DNA of 64,000 nt from a virus, in IMG/VR virus record IMGVR_UViG_3300026521_000466, positions 100,798 to 164,797 of that record; one strand, given 5' to 3'. The position numbers and the translations under genes were made by a program. Every line of letters begins with the position of its first letter. Within the stretch, counting starts at the first letter, position 1. This document shows, piece after piece, positions 1 to 9,248 of the stretch. The notes beneath the pieces were generated by a model. That model was given only the letters and a program-made list of their open reading frames with translations. It was not told where the DNA came from and made no database searches.

Positions 1-216
1 TGTCTTAGGAGCATGTATCAATCTCCTTAGGAAGTTAACTGTCATATCATACTGTTGTATAGACGGATGTTCTGTGTATGCATTTTTAACAATCTCTTCA
101 AAGAGAGCTCCCTCAGTAAGTTCATCAATAGACTCTGCCTGCTTCCTGCTAATAGACTGTGCTATTTCTAATCGATTCAGCTCAGCCTCTATCAGTTTTC
201 TAGTTGCCTTATTCAT
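1..216 (-). CDS. Hypothetical protein, partial (runs off the window start)
   Basis: ATG at 216 preceded by GGA, overlapping the end of the 209..631 ORF; frame open to position 1 (MNKATRKLIEAELNRLEIAQ...). Confidence 0.6.
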   Translation of the reverse strand, partial: MNKATRKLIEAELNRLEIAQSISRKQAESIDELTEGALFEEIVKNAYTEHPSIQQYDMTVNFLRRLIHAPKT

Positions 217-631
217 CGTTTTGTCCAAATAGAGAATTAAGATCTTCTAGGGCATTCTTATTGTTATTAGCAATATTTATAAAATGCTGTATATCAGTTG
301 TAGGTTTACCGTAATTTTCAGCACCCACAGATGCATTAAACATTGCTCTTTGGCTATCCATCAGTTCCATTACGATAAAATTAATAGGAGCTGCTTCAAA
401 AGGATATGCAAACTCATCTCTTAATTTATCAACTTGTGTAGAGACTGTCTCTCTGGTAGCTTTATGTATGGCTGGTGTATTTATCGTAAGGTCTTCGTTC
501 AACATCATCTTTTGAATATTCTGCACTGCTTCTGTTTTAAATACCCTATCGGCGAGAACGAAAAAAGCCAACTCTTTTTTCGCACCGTTTGTATTGAAAT
601 ACTCATCTATTTTAAAATATTGTTTTGTCAT
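209..631 (-). CDS. Hypothetical phage protein
   Basis: 140 aa ORF with AAAGGA RBS, directly downstream of 644..2095. Confidence 0.75.
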   Translation of the reverse strand: MTKQYFKIDEYFNTNGAKKELAFFVLADRVFKTEAVQNIQKMMLNEDLTINTPAIHKATRETVSTQVDKLRDEFAYPFEAAPINFIVMELMDSQRAMFNASVGAENYGKPTTDIQHFINIANNNKNALEDLNSLFGQNDE

Positions 632-643
632 GGGTTATCCTTT

Positions 644-2095
644 TTATTTAAAAATTCTTTTGAAAGTTTCAGATCTGACATGCATGTCATTTTCCATCAA
701 CTCTTCTGCTGACATATAGAAATCAGAGATACCTACCTGTCTACGTCTCATAGTGAATAGATACTTTAGATTTGTAAATATTCCTCTATCCTCCTCTACT
801 TTCTCAATCAATTCCTCAATAGTGGAAATTTGAACCAATATATCGGACTTGTTTTTTGTACTTGTCTCTTTCATCTGTCTGATAAGATCATATTTAACAC
901 GTCTAAATCTCTGTTCTAAATCATCATAAATAGAATCAGTATCAAGCATTAATTCTCTTAACTTATTTGGATCTGTTACTCCGGCAACAGTGGAAACTTG
1001 TGCAAGTTGAACTAATGCAAAGATCATGTAGATTACCCAGAAGAGTATGTAAAAGAACATTGCGGCCATTGGGTTAGTCATTATTATAACTACTATAAGC
1101 ACTGCAATAGCTGTATACGTCATAAATAGAGCTAAAGAAAATGAATGGGAATCTGCTTTATTATCCTCAGCCCCTTCAAGATTACCTGTTATTCTAGCCA
1201 ATGCGGTGACTAGATCTTGTCCTAGACCGTGTCTTACAGCAAATTGATCAGCCATACTTTCATTGTTTTTAATAGCGTATACATTCCCATTTGTTTTATC
1301 ACTCATGTTAAAGATATCATAGAACAACTCCTTAACATCAGAAACATTACGACCGTCAATGGCAATAATATTATTGTAACTCTCTATAAGCTCTTTTTCA
1401 TTCTTTGATTCATACATTCCCTCCACAGCAGTATTGACTGTAGTAAAGTATTGATGCATATATGCCAATGAATTGAATCCATGTCCAAATTCATGGTAAG
1501 TGATTGCCATAATTTCACGTACGGTAAAGTTTGCTCTGAACAACTGTATAAATGGTATACCAACAAAAACAACAACATCTTTGTTTAGACCTTCTATTTT
1601 ACCCTTAGCAAAATCTATCTTTACTTTCTTGTTAAAGTATTGTTTTTCAATCTCGTTCATAGATTGTCCAAGAGTGGCATATAGATTAATAAGATCTTTG
1701 CTGCTCTTCAATGCTTTAATGTCTGTACTTTTATTATCTGGTCGTATCTTATATTTACGCATAACGTTTTTGATTATTTTACTAATCTCTGCGTTTTGAT
1801 GTGCTATGATATTGCTAGATGGTCCGGGAGGAACTATACAATGAGGTCCTGCGTTTGTGGAGTAGAATTTAAAATGTATTCCATACTCTACAAAGACTGC
1901 ATCTTCCAGTTCTTCAAATTTCTCCCTATACCCTTTCTGTTTTGTAATGTCGTCATTACTTTGAAATTTCAGCATGCCGTGTTCTGTCTTTAAATATGTA
2001 AACAACTCTTCCATTTTTTTCAAAGTTTTATTTTCAGTAACTGCTTGTATAGACTCCATATTGAAATCGTTTTTAAGTGTTAATCGCATCTTCAT
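644..2095 (-). CDS. Probable virion/ejection protein with zincin (HExxH) metallopeptidase motif and transmembrane hairpin
   Basis: TYHEFGHGF motif, downstream ExxAD (NESMADQF) typical of zincins, two hydrophobic helices at about aa 320-365, N-terminal FNMES putative head-protease site. Confidence 0.65.
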   Translation of the reverse strand: MKMRLTLKNDFNMESIQAVTENKTLKKMEELFTYLKTEHGMLKFQSNDDITKQKGYREKFEELEDAVFVEYGIHFKFYSTNAGPHCIVPPGPSSNIIAHQNAEISKIIKNVMRKYKIRPDNKSTDIKALKSSKDLINLYATLGQSMNEIEKQYFNKKVKIDFAKGKIEGLNKDVVVFVGIPFIQLFRANFTVREIMAITYHEFGHGFNSLAYMHQYFTTVNTAVEGMYESKNEKELIESYNNIIAIDGRNVSDVKELFYDIFNMSDKTNGNVYAIKNNESMADQFAVRHGLGQDLVTALARITGNLEGAEDNKADSHSFSLALFMTYTAIAVLIVVIIMTNPMAAMFFYILFWVIYMIFALVQLAQVSTVAGVTDPNKLRELMLDTDSIYDDLEQRFRRVKYDLIRQMKETSTKNKSDILVQISTIEELIEKVEEDRGIFTNLKYLFTMRRRQVGISDFYMSAEELMENDMHVRSETFKRIFK

Positions 2096-2149
2096 TGCAT
2101 AGTCCTTGTGTAAATTAATATATCAAGGAAAAGTTTATATTGTTAAATA

Positions 2150-2186
2150 AAGAAAAAAAGACAGTATGTAGGGATTCCCTACATAC
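2150..2186 (-). terminator. Rho-independent terminator
   Basis: TATGTAGGGA/CCCTACATA hairpin with a T tract on the minus strand. Confidence 0.7.
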
Positions 2187-2868
2187 CAAATTTAATATTG
2201 TTTACAATTGTTTTCTTTTCATCAACCATATCAGGATATGTTAATATTTGCAGGAGTGTGGCCATAAATACGTCCCTACCTGACATAGTTCTTAGTTCAT
2301 CCCCATACATGAAATTTATAGGCTCGTTATAGATCAACAGCGAGTAGACATTATCACTAACATCTATATCAAAGTTAGCTCTATAGAAATAGTTAAAGTT
2401 CATATATTCCTCAGTGAGCTCACTAATATTACTTCTGTTGAAGATGCTATTGAACGTATACAAATCTACATCGGCGTATGTTAATGACCTCAACATCTTG
2501 ATCTTATTATCCTTCCAATGTAATAGTCCTTCCCTAATATAGATGTCCGAGGTGTATTTTTCACCATTAAGCTTATCATCTATTGTGAAAAATGTTCTAC
2601 CAGAACCACTCTGCTTTGTCACCAATATATCAAAGATAGGACGAGTCAATCTTGTATACACCTCTTTATTTCTCTCCAATACTTTTGTGTAATCTATACC
2701 CGCTACATCTTTTATCTCATACCATATATCGTCATCGTCATGCAAGGCAAACTCTATTGTTGGCGTTATTTTACATTTACTCAACCATGCCTCTTCATAA
2801 AACTTCCCTTTAACTACCTCTCTGATAGAGGCTGCTAACTTATTAATCTCTTGTACTACTTCTGTCAT
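2179..2868 (-). CDS. Hypothetical protein
   Basis: 229 aa ORF with AAGGA RBS. Confidence 0.75.
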   Translation of the reverse strand: MTEVVQEINKLAASIREVVKGKFYEEAWLSKCKITPTIEFALHDDDDIWYEIKDVAGIDYTKVLERNKEVYTRLTRPIFDILVTKQSGSGRTFFTIDDKLNGEKYTSDIYIREGLLHWKDNKIKMLRSLTYADVDLYTFNSIFNRSNISELTEEYMNFNYFYRANFDIDVSDNVYSLLIYNEPINFMYGDELRTMSGRDVFMATLLQILTYPDMVDEKKTIVNNIKFGM

Positions 2869-3113
2869 TATTTGTTCCTTTTAATATTTGTTTCACTCTC
2901 ATTTATAGGTGATAGATATTCAGGGTATTCAGTTTTTAACGTATGACCAGACAACATTTTTCTCACGCGTATTAACTCATCACCATCATCTCCAAAGCAC
3001 GCATCGTAATCTACTCTAGTTTTACCTATGAACAACGCAACAGCTTCCTACACTCTCACCACACACCCATTAAAGACTGCGTAGAGTCCCTTTATGTTTT
3101 CTATTGTATACAT
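2868..3113 (-). pseudogene. Small early gene interrupted by one in-frame TAG
   Basis: AGGAGG RBS and ATG at 3113; 82-codon frame ending in a TAAtg overlap with the next start; single TAG at 3048-3050 (codon 22). Confidence 0.55.
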
Positions 3114-3150
3114 CACTACCTCCTAGTAGATTATTAATAGTTATTAAATA

Positions 3151-3190
3151 ACACCTAAAGCCCAATCCACTATAATAATATACAGATAAA
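3151..3190 (-). promoter_or_regulatory. Early-type phage promoter (TATATTAT) followed by TTAGGTG leader motif
   Basis: Minus strand reads GTATATTATTATAGTGG...CTTTAGGTGT; matches the repeated consensus in this window and resembles the phiKZ early TATATTAC element. Confidence 0.75.
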
Positions 3191-3244
3191 AAGAAATAGT
3201 AAAAGCACTACGCTATCGCCTGATGCTGGCGCTGCGTGCAATAA

Positions 3245-3407
3245 AAAAGATAATACCCTATAGGTACATACTGTGCGGGTCACTCCTAGGGTCGCGTCCC
3301 TTAGAGAGTTCCTACGGTCACTCTCTACCAGTATGATTGTATTTATATAATCCTCTCACTCAACCCCTCCTAGAAGGTTCCCCTTCTCTCTCTCCTTATA
3401 TTCACAT
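3245..3407 (-). ncRNA. Structured GGA-rich element, copy 1 (three-way junction)
   Basis: CATACTG/CAGTATG outer stem, TAGAGAGT/ACTCTCTA inner stem, two TCCTANGGTC loops, AGAAGG/CCTTCT hairpin; diverged copy near 62480-62635; strand inferred. Confidence 0.55.
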
Positions 3408-3444
3408 AATAGCAACCAAATAAAAAAATATAACAGAGAGGATA

Positions 3445-3960
3445 TTACTCCTCCCTGATGGTACTAAGCAGTGAGGAGTAATACTTAATATCCTCCTCTA
3501 CTGCATTAGCACCTGCATCATTATAGCCTCTTTTCTCTAGCATAGAAATCATGGCTATAATGATGCTTTCCCTAATGTCGTAATCAACATTAGGGTTTTC
3601 TATATCAAGTGGGGAGGCTTGATATACTACAGAGCCCTCTACTAACGAGGATTCACTCTCAATACCTGCTTCATTATACCCTGAGGTAATATGGCAGGCA
3701 TGTGCACCCACCCCATTTTTCAGCATCATGGCTGATCTAATGGTGCGGGTGTTAATGATGACAATGCTATGCTTGTCATCAATAGTAGCTATTGAAAAAT
3801 TATCAGGTGTCCCCATCGCTTGATAATTTCCTTTGGGATACGATAATACCAATGCTGGTTTGCCATCTACCCCACCTAGACTTAACCAACTGGCGGACTT
3901 GTCCATACCCGCCAGATGAATTTTGAAGTCATGCTTCAGAGCATTGTATGATTTTAACAC
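3445..3960 (-). CDS. Hypothetical protein
   Basis: 171 aa ORF with AGGAG RBS; terminator-like hairpin across its stop codon. Confidence 0.7.
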   Translation of the reverse strand: MLKSYNALKHDFKIHLAGMDKSASWLSLGGVDGKPALVLSYPKGNYQAMGTPDNFSIATIDDKHSIVIINTRTIRSAMMLKNGVGAHACHITSGYNEAGIESESSLVEGSVVYQASPLDIENPNVDYDIRESIIIAMISMLEKRGYNDAGANAVEEDIKYYSSLLSTIREE

Positions 3961-4187
3961 GTGATGCTCCTATGAAAATCAATCTGCATCTGAGAGAAGA
4001 ATCTCTCACTCTCTCTCAGATGCTCTTTAAAACAGAGGTTGTGATGGGCAGCGACAACCTCCCCTCGTTGCGGTTGGGAAATGTCGAGATTTCTCATCTC
4101 TTCCATCTCCCTCTCGACTTCTTCGAGTTTCTTGAAGAAGTCTTTCTCCGACGGAAATGGTCCATCGGTTAATGGTTTTAATGCCAT
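3954..4187 (-). CDS. Small hypothetical early protein
   Basis: Start moved to ATG 4187 (MALKPLT...), which follows AAGGAG and lies downstream of the promoter at about 4250. Confidence 0.65.
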   Translation of the reverse strand: MALKPLTDGPFPSEKDFFKKLEEVEREMEEMRNLDISQPQRGEVVAAHHNLCFKEHLRESERFFSQMQIDFHRSITC

Positions 4188-4228
4188 AATTATCTCCTTA
4201 CGATAATAAATAATTAGTATCATAGATA

Positions 4229-4263
4229 CACCTAAGCCTAAACCACTATAATAATATACAAAC
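4229..4263 (-). promoter_or_regulatory. Early-type promoter plus GGCTTAGGTGT leader motif
   Basis: Minus strand reads TTTGTATATTATTATAGTGGTTTAGGCTTAGGTGT. Confidence 0.8.
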
Positions 4264-4334
4264 ACTACGGCTTGCAATTTGATTTATTCTTTATAACTTA
4301 ATTATAGGATAAGAGAAATAATAAAGGGTGTGAT

Positions 4335-6086
4335 ATGAGTGATATATGTAAAGAGTTTAGGTTTGCTGTACACCTGCCTAATAGTGACGATGGCGATTAT
4401 CATTTAGTGAAATTCCTAAATCACTATCCTGATGGTAGACAAGAGCACTCTATAGAGTTAATAAAAGATTATAAAAGACCATTTTATGTAACTAAAAAGT
4501 TCTATAGAAATCATAAACAGAGGAAAGAAGCCGAGCATTTGAGTAGATTAGATAAGTTCATGTCTACAGAATCAGGATTAGCAAATAGCATATTTAAAGC
4601 ATTGGGGAAACCAAAATATAAGAAAGCAAAACTATACGAGGTAAGAAGAGATAGAGATAGTATCTATGTTTATGGTGCAGACATACCATCCACTACACTG
4701 CTCTCTATGGAGTATAAAAAGAAGTGTGATAAGATAACACCGTTTATCCCCGGTTTTCTCGATATTGAAAATGATGTAGATACAAAAGAGATATCCCTGA
4801 ATACATTCGTCTATACAGAAGATGGAATCGATAAGGTTTATACTTTTGTAAATAATAACCTTATTCCAAACCTGCCTGGATTGGAAGAGAGGATAATTAA
4901 TAAGTTATTAAAATCCTTACCTGATAAACTCCCATATGGACTAGATGTTGATAACTTAAAAATATCAATAACCAAGTGTAAAGATGAGAAAGAGTTAATA
5001 CAAAAATCATTTAGCAGAATACATCGCTCTGATATCGATATATTATCCGGATGGAACTTTGAATTTGATATCTCTACTATTGCAAAAAGATCTGTGGTAA
5101 ATGGATTAAGACCCGAAGATGTATTTTGTCATCCTGATATACCAAAAGAGCTCAGGTTCTTCGAGGTGATAGTAGGTAGGAGCGAGAAAGTGACTCAGGC
5201 AGGCAAGGTAACACCAGTACCGCCTGAAGAGAGGTGGCACGTAATGAAGAGTGCTGCTAAGTTCATAATGATGGATAGTATGTCACTCTATCGATATATT
5301 CGTTCACAAGATAAAAAGATACAAGGCGGGTATGGTTTAGATAACGTATTGGCAAAGTCTTTGAAGATAGGTAAACTTAAAACAGTTGATATTGAAGGTG
5401 TAACAAAATATGAGTGGCATAAAACCATGTCTAATAAACACCCTATTGATTACTCTGCATATAACATATGGGATTCACTAGGATTAAATTGTAAAAATAA
5501 AAAAGACCACGACCTAGATTACTCACTACCCCTATTGAGCGGACATACTACATTTTATAACTTTAACAGTAACCCCACTAAGATATATGAGGATATGTAT
5601 GAGTTCTATATGAAAGAGGATAAAGTACTGGCTATGTTTAAGAGTAAGGATGAGCAGGAGAGCAAATCTTTAGGCAGGGAATATTGGACAGTCACACTTA
5701 ACCTATGGAGAATAGATGAGAATTATAGCGTACCTATACTGGATGATGAGTATTATTTAAATACTACAGAGTTACAGGATAAGGCTGCGCAAATGGTAGC
5801 ATCACATTACAATACGCCAAGGCCATTAACTAAGACAAGAGCTTATATACTGGCCATGGACTTGGATGTTACCTCTGCTTATCCAACAGTTACTTATGTT
5901 TTGAATATCAGTAACGATACATGTGTAAGAGACCTATTTGATGTAGTGGGAGTAGAAAAAGAAACATTTAAACATGCCAATATTGATTTAATCACCGGTG
6001 TAATATCACATTTAGATTATGGTCATATTATGCATGAGTTACCTACATTGATAGAGGTGGATAGTATGATAGATGATTATTTATAA
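4335..6086 (+). CDS. Split B-family DNA polymerase, exonuclease plus motif A subunit (phiKZ gp82-like)
   Basis: ExoI LDIEND, ExoII GWNFEFDI, ExoIII YNIWDS, C-terminal PolB motif A DLDVTSAYP. Confidence 0.85.
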   Translation: MSDICKEFRFAVHLPNSDDGDYHLVKFLNHYPDGRQEHSIELIKDYKRPFYVTKKFYRNHKQRKEAEHLSRLDKFMSTESGLANSIFKALGKPKYKKAKLYEVRRDRDSIYVYGADIPSTTLLSMEYKKKCDKITPFIPGFLDIENDVDTKEISLNTFVYTEDGIDKVYTFVNNNLIPNLPGLEERIINKLLKSLPDKLPYGLDVDNLKISITKCKDEKELIQKSFSRIHRSDIDILSGWNFEFDISTIAKRSVVNGLRPEDVFCHPDIPKELRFFEVIVGRSEKVTQAGKVTPVPPEERWHVMKSAAKFIMMDSMSLYRYIRSQDKKIQGGYGLDNVLAKSLKIGKLKTVDIEGVTKYEWHKTMSNKHPIDYSAYNIWDSLGLNCKNKKDHDLDYSLPLLSGHTTFYNFNSNPTKIYEDMYEFYMKEDKVLAMFKSKDEQESKSLGREYWTVTLNLWRIDENYSVPILDDEYYLNTTELQDKAAQMVASHYNTPRPLTKTRAYILAMDLDVTSAYPTVTYVLNISNDTCVRDLFDVVGVEKETFKHANIDLITGVISHLDYGHIMHELPTLIEVDSMIDDYL

Positions 6087-6090
6087 TAAA

Positions 6091-6136
6091 GAAAAAAGAG
6101 AGTATGGGTTAAATTCCCATACTCTTAAATTTTTTG
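6091..6136. terminator. Bidirectional terminator between convergent genes
   Basis: AGAGTATGGG/CCCATACTCT hairpin flanked by A and T tracts. Confidence 0.75.
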
Positions 6137-6149
6137 TTTAATGCTGTCA

Positions 6150-6449
6150 TTAACCACCCCAATCATTGTCTGGGTCTAGTCCTTGCCTCTTTTCCCAATC
6201 CTCCAATGTTTTTCTCAATAACTTAATAGGACTATTATTTCCATCAATAGTTTTTGTTTTAGACATCCCACCGTGAGGAATTTGATCATGCGTTATAACT
6301 ATAATATACTCGCAAACGCCTTCATTAACAAGTTTACTAGAAAAATCATTCAATATTTTCTGTAGCTTATCTACTTTTTTTAGTTTTGTTATCATATAAT
6401 GTCCTTTTAATTTAATGTTTATTGCCCTAGTATGATCACATAACAACAC
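6150..6449 (-). CDS. Small hypothetical protein (true start probably MITKLKK)
   Basis: AAGGA RBS precedes an internal ATG. Confidence 0.6.
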   Translation of the reverse strand: MLLCDHTRAINIKLKGHYMITKLKKVDKLQKILNDFSSKLVNEGVCEYIIVITHDQIPHGGMSKTKTIDGNNSPIKLLRKTLEDWEKRQGLDPDNDWGG

Positions 6450-7648
6450 TACCTTTTTATATCTGTTATACTTATTGTATATATATATACTGCTATAATA
6501 ATCGTGCTGGATGATAAAACACCTCTAGTCTTTATACCAGTTACCTCTTTTACCATCTTGATTATTTTATTTTTGATATCTTGCATATCTTTATCTTTTA
6601 AACTACTGCTACTCCAATAGTTCTTTAAGAACTTGAATACTGCAATAAGTCTATCTGAATAAGGAGGATACATCTTCTCAACATAGAGATATCTGTTATT
6701 GATCTCTATGATCTTCACACACATATCTACCATCTCTTTACTTTCAAATGCTTTCTGCTGAATATGTTCTAATGTCTTCAACACAGCATCTATTTTTATT
6801 CTCGGATAGAGCTCAGATACAATGCTAAGAAGATCTTTATCTATAAAATCATCTTTAATATATATTTTTCTTTTGATGCTCTCAACATATACACTGTGTA
6901 TGTCATTAACCTCACGTACCCTCTCTTCATTATCTTCTCCGTCTCTTGCCACTGGAGAAGCGGTTCTTCTTAACTTATCCTCTTCTTGAACTTTTACTAA
7001 GACACTATACTGTTGTAGAATAAATGACTTTATCGTTGTATTTAAATTTGATACATAATAAAGAAATTTCATAGGCTTGTCTCTTTTTAATACCTTTGAC
7101 CAATTTCCACTTTCATATCTTGATATTGCATTATGCTCCAATACTTTATAATTCGACCCTAACCTTTTTATAATAAATTTTCTAGGAAGTCTCTCATATA
7201 GTGTCGTAGCCATATCTTTTGATACTGCATAGTTGAAGTATCTAAAATACATAGACGTAATCATCTTATATTGAAATATAATATTAAGATTAATGTAGAA
7301 GTCTCTTTTTATACTTTCGCTAACCTTGCTCTCTAATGCCTTGCGCAGATAAAGAGCACATACAACATTAAATGGGTCAGTAATAATATTCCAACTAGAT
7401 TTTACACCATCTAATTTCTTAATGTCATTTTTCAATTCAGTCTCATCTATATCCAATAGTAGATATAAGTTCTCTTTATCATTATCTCTAAAACGTATCT
7501 CATGTACTCCAAAATAGAAACTATTAAACCACTCCATAGAATCTTCTGTCCTAGTCATAATAGCTATTAGATACTGCTTCATCTTAACACTTAACTCTTT
7601 ACTTACAGGCACAGTTGCATGTTTCAACATCATCTCTTTAATATTCAT
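6449..7648 (-). CDS. Hypothetical protein in the jumbo-phage core region
   Basis: 399 aa helical ORF between the DNAP-exo and vRNAP subunit genes. Confidence 0.75.
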   Translation of the reverse strand: MNIKEMMLKHATVPVSKELSVKMKQYLIAIMTRTEDSMEWFNSFYFGVHEIRFRDNDKENLYLLLDIDETELKNDIKKLDGVKSSWNIITDPFNVVCALYLRKALESKVSESIKRDFYINLNIIFQYKMITSMYFRYFNYAVSKDMATTLYERLPRKFIIKRLGSNYKVLEHNAISRYESGNWSKVLKRDKPMKFLYYVSNLNTTIKSFILQQYSVLVKVQEEDKLRRTASPVARDGEDNEERVREVNDIHSVYVESIKRKIYIKDDFIDKDLLSIVSELYPRIKIDAVLKTLEHIQQKAFESKEMVDMCVKIIEINNRYLYVEKMYPPYSDRLIAVFKFLKNYWSSSSLKDKDMQDIKNKIIKMVKEVTGIKTRGVLSSSTIIIAVYIYTISITDIKR

Positions 7649-7697
7649 GGTAAAGCCTTCTTTTTTCTTATCAAATAAAAAGATGTACAGAGTGTTC

Positions 7698-8450
7698 TTA
7701 CGAACACTCTGCCATTACATAACCCATACCGATGAATTTTCCATAGAATTGATTTTTAATACCTGTTTTAGGCATATCTTTCAATTTCCCGTTTTGTTTA
7801 GCTGCCGCCATAGCAAGGACTGCGGTATATGCATCAAGAGACTCTCGATCTCCTGCCCAGATTTGAATTACAGTTCCTGCTTGCGCCATAAGTTTTTTAA
7901 TATTAGCCAAATGATCAAGTACATTATTAGCTATTTTTATCCTTACGGTAATATCTTCATCTTCATTTGAAAGTACAATGTTCATACCACTGATAAAGTT
8001 CAATGCCATATGAGCCTCTGCGGATGTTTTCTTTTTAGCAGAGATAGACTTTGAAATATCAGCCATCTCTTTAACAAGAGGGTGTGTTTTCTCTTCTTTT
8101 GATTCTTTTACTGTTGTATCTGTAGGAAATGATTTTTTTTCCTCGGATTGTGTCTTTTCAACCGGCTTGACTGGCTTCGTTTCATCGGTTGGTTTCTTTG
8201 CATCCTGTGCTGATTTCGGAGTTTCCTTAACCGGTTCTGTTTTTACAGGTGTTGGTTCTGGAACTTTTTCTTTTGCTTTAACTGGTGTCTTCTCTACTGT
8301 TTTTGTAGGTGTTTTTTCTTCAACGGCAGCTGTCTTTTCTACAGTCGTTGTGTCTTTTGTAGCAGCTGTTTTCTTTGCAGCTTTTGAGGAAGACCCAGAA
8401 GATCTAGTTTTTTTTGTCGTAGTGCTCTTTGTTGTTTCTTTACCTGACAT
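7698..8450 (-). CDS. Hypothetical protein with long K/T/E/P/S low-complexity N-terminus
   Basis: About 120 aa of repetitive VEKTP/KKT sequence followed by a helical domain; AAAGGA RBS; terminator at about 7676-7711. Confidence 0.75.
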   Translation of the reverse strand: MSGKETTKSTTTKKTRSSGSSSKAAKKTAATKDTTTVEKTAAVEEKTPTKTVEKTPVKAKEKVPEPTPVKTEPVKETPKSAQDAKKPTDETKPVKPVEKTQSEEKKSFPTDTTVKESKEEKTHPLVKEMADISKSISAKKKTSAEAHMALNFISGMNIVLSNEDEDITVRIKIANNVLDHLANIKKLMAQAGTVIQIWAGDRESLDAYTAVLAMAAAKQNGKLKDMPKTGIKNQFYGKFIGMGYVMAECS

Positions 8451-8483
8451 ATTTAGTCCTTTCTATATTAGTTCATTTAATAA

Positions 8484-9233
8484 TCAACCCTCTACAACGG
8501 AGGATAGATACTGTTCTAGTTCCATCATTGAATCATTAGAGCCAAGATTGAACACCCTGAAATCTAGTATAGTAGATAATCTAAGTATTTTAGATATATC
8601 AAATCCAAGTTCTTTAAACTTTACATCCTTTGACATTGCCGATGTTCCGCATGGAGTATATATAATCGCAAACTCTATCGGTGCGTTACAACCCTCGCCC
8701 AGAAGAAGATGTATAAAGTTTGCCCTGAATGCTTTAAAGAAGCTTTTCATATCGTTATACTTATCTGCATCTGATTTAAACAACTGTTTTTCAGTCCATA
8801 TAGCAACATTGTGCGCCATCTTAGTAGGTCTCTTAATGATGGGTTGAATGGATTTATTCATATCTGCCCATGGAAGAAAGACCTCTTTGTATGCTGCTTT
8901 TATAAAGGCGTGTTTTGCAATCTTGTTGTTTCTATCTTCCGGGTTGATTCGGAGCGTCCACTCTTTTAAGCTTAGTCGATCAATCACTCTATTGAGTGTC
9001 TCTTTTGCTTCATCCGGCACTTCCACTTCCGAATGTATGTAATAACATTTATTATTGCGTTGTAGTGTATCGACTTCAAGGTTGATTCCCTCATATACAG
9101 GCTCTTCAAAACGAGACCCACCGTTATTACTCTCCTGCGGCTTAGTTTCCACTTCACTTTTCAGCTGCTCTGGAGTTTTCTCCACCATATCATAAATATC
9201 TGACATATGTTTCCTTTTTGTTATATTGTTCAT
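8484..9233 (-). CDS. Degenerate DprA/SLOG-like phage protein
   Basis: KEVFLPW...N, LLG...P.EFAIIYTPCG and VFNL match phage DprA-like proteins, but the SGGAxGAD and GGT glycine motifs are absent. Confidence 0.5.
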   Translation of the reverse strand: MNNITKRKHMSDIYDMVEKTPEQLKSEVETKPQESNNGGSRFEEPVYEGINLEVDTLQRNNKCYYIHSEVEVPDEAKETLNRVIDRLSLKEWTLRINPEDRNNKIAKHAFIKAAYKEVFLPWADMNKSIQPIIKRPTKMAHNVAIWTEKQLFKSDADKYNDMKSFFKAFRANFIHLLLGEGCNAPIEFAIIYTPCGTSAMSKDVKFKELGFDISKILRLSTILDFRVFNLGSNDSMMELEQYLSSVVEG

Positions 9234-9248
9234 CTTAAATATGTAATA

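Noticed and set aside
7698-8450. Histone H1-like or TonB-like annotation
   Set aside because: Similarity is compositional only (K/T/P/E low complexity).
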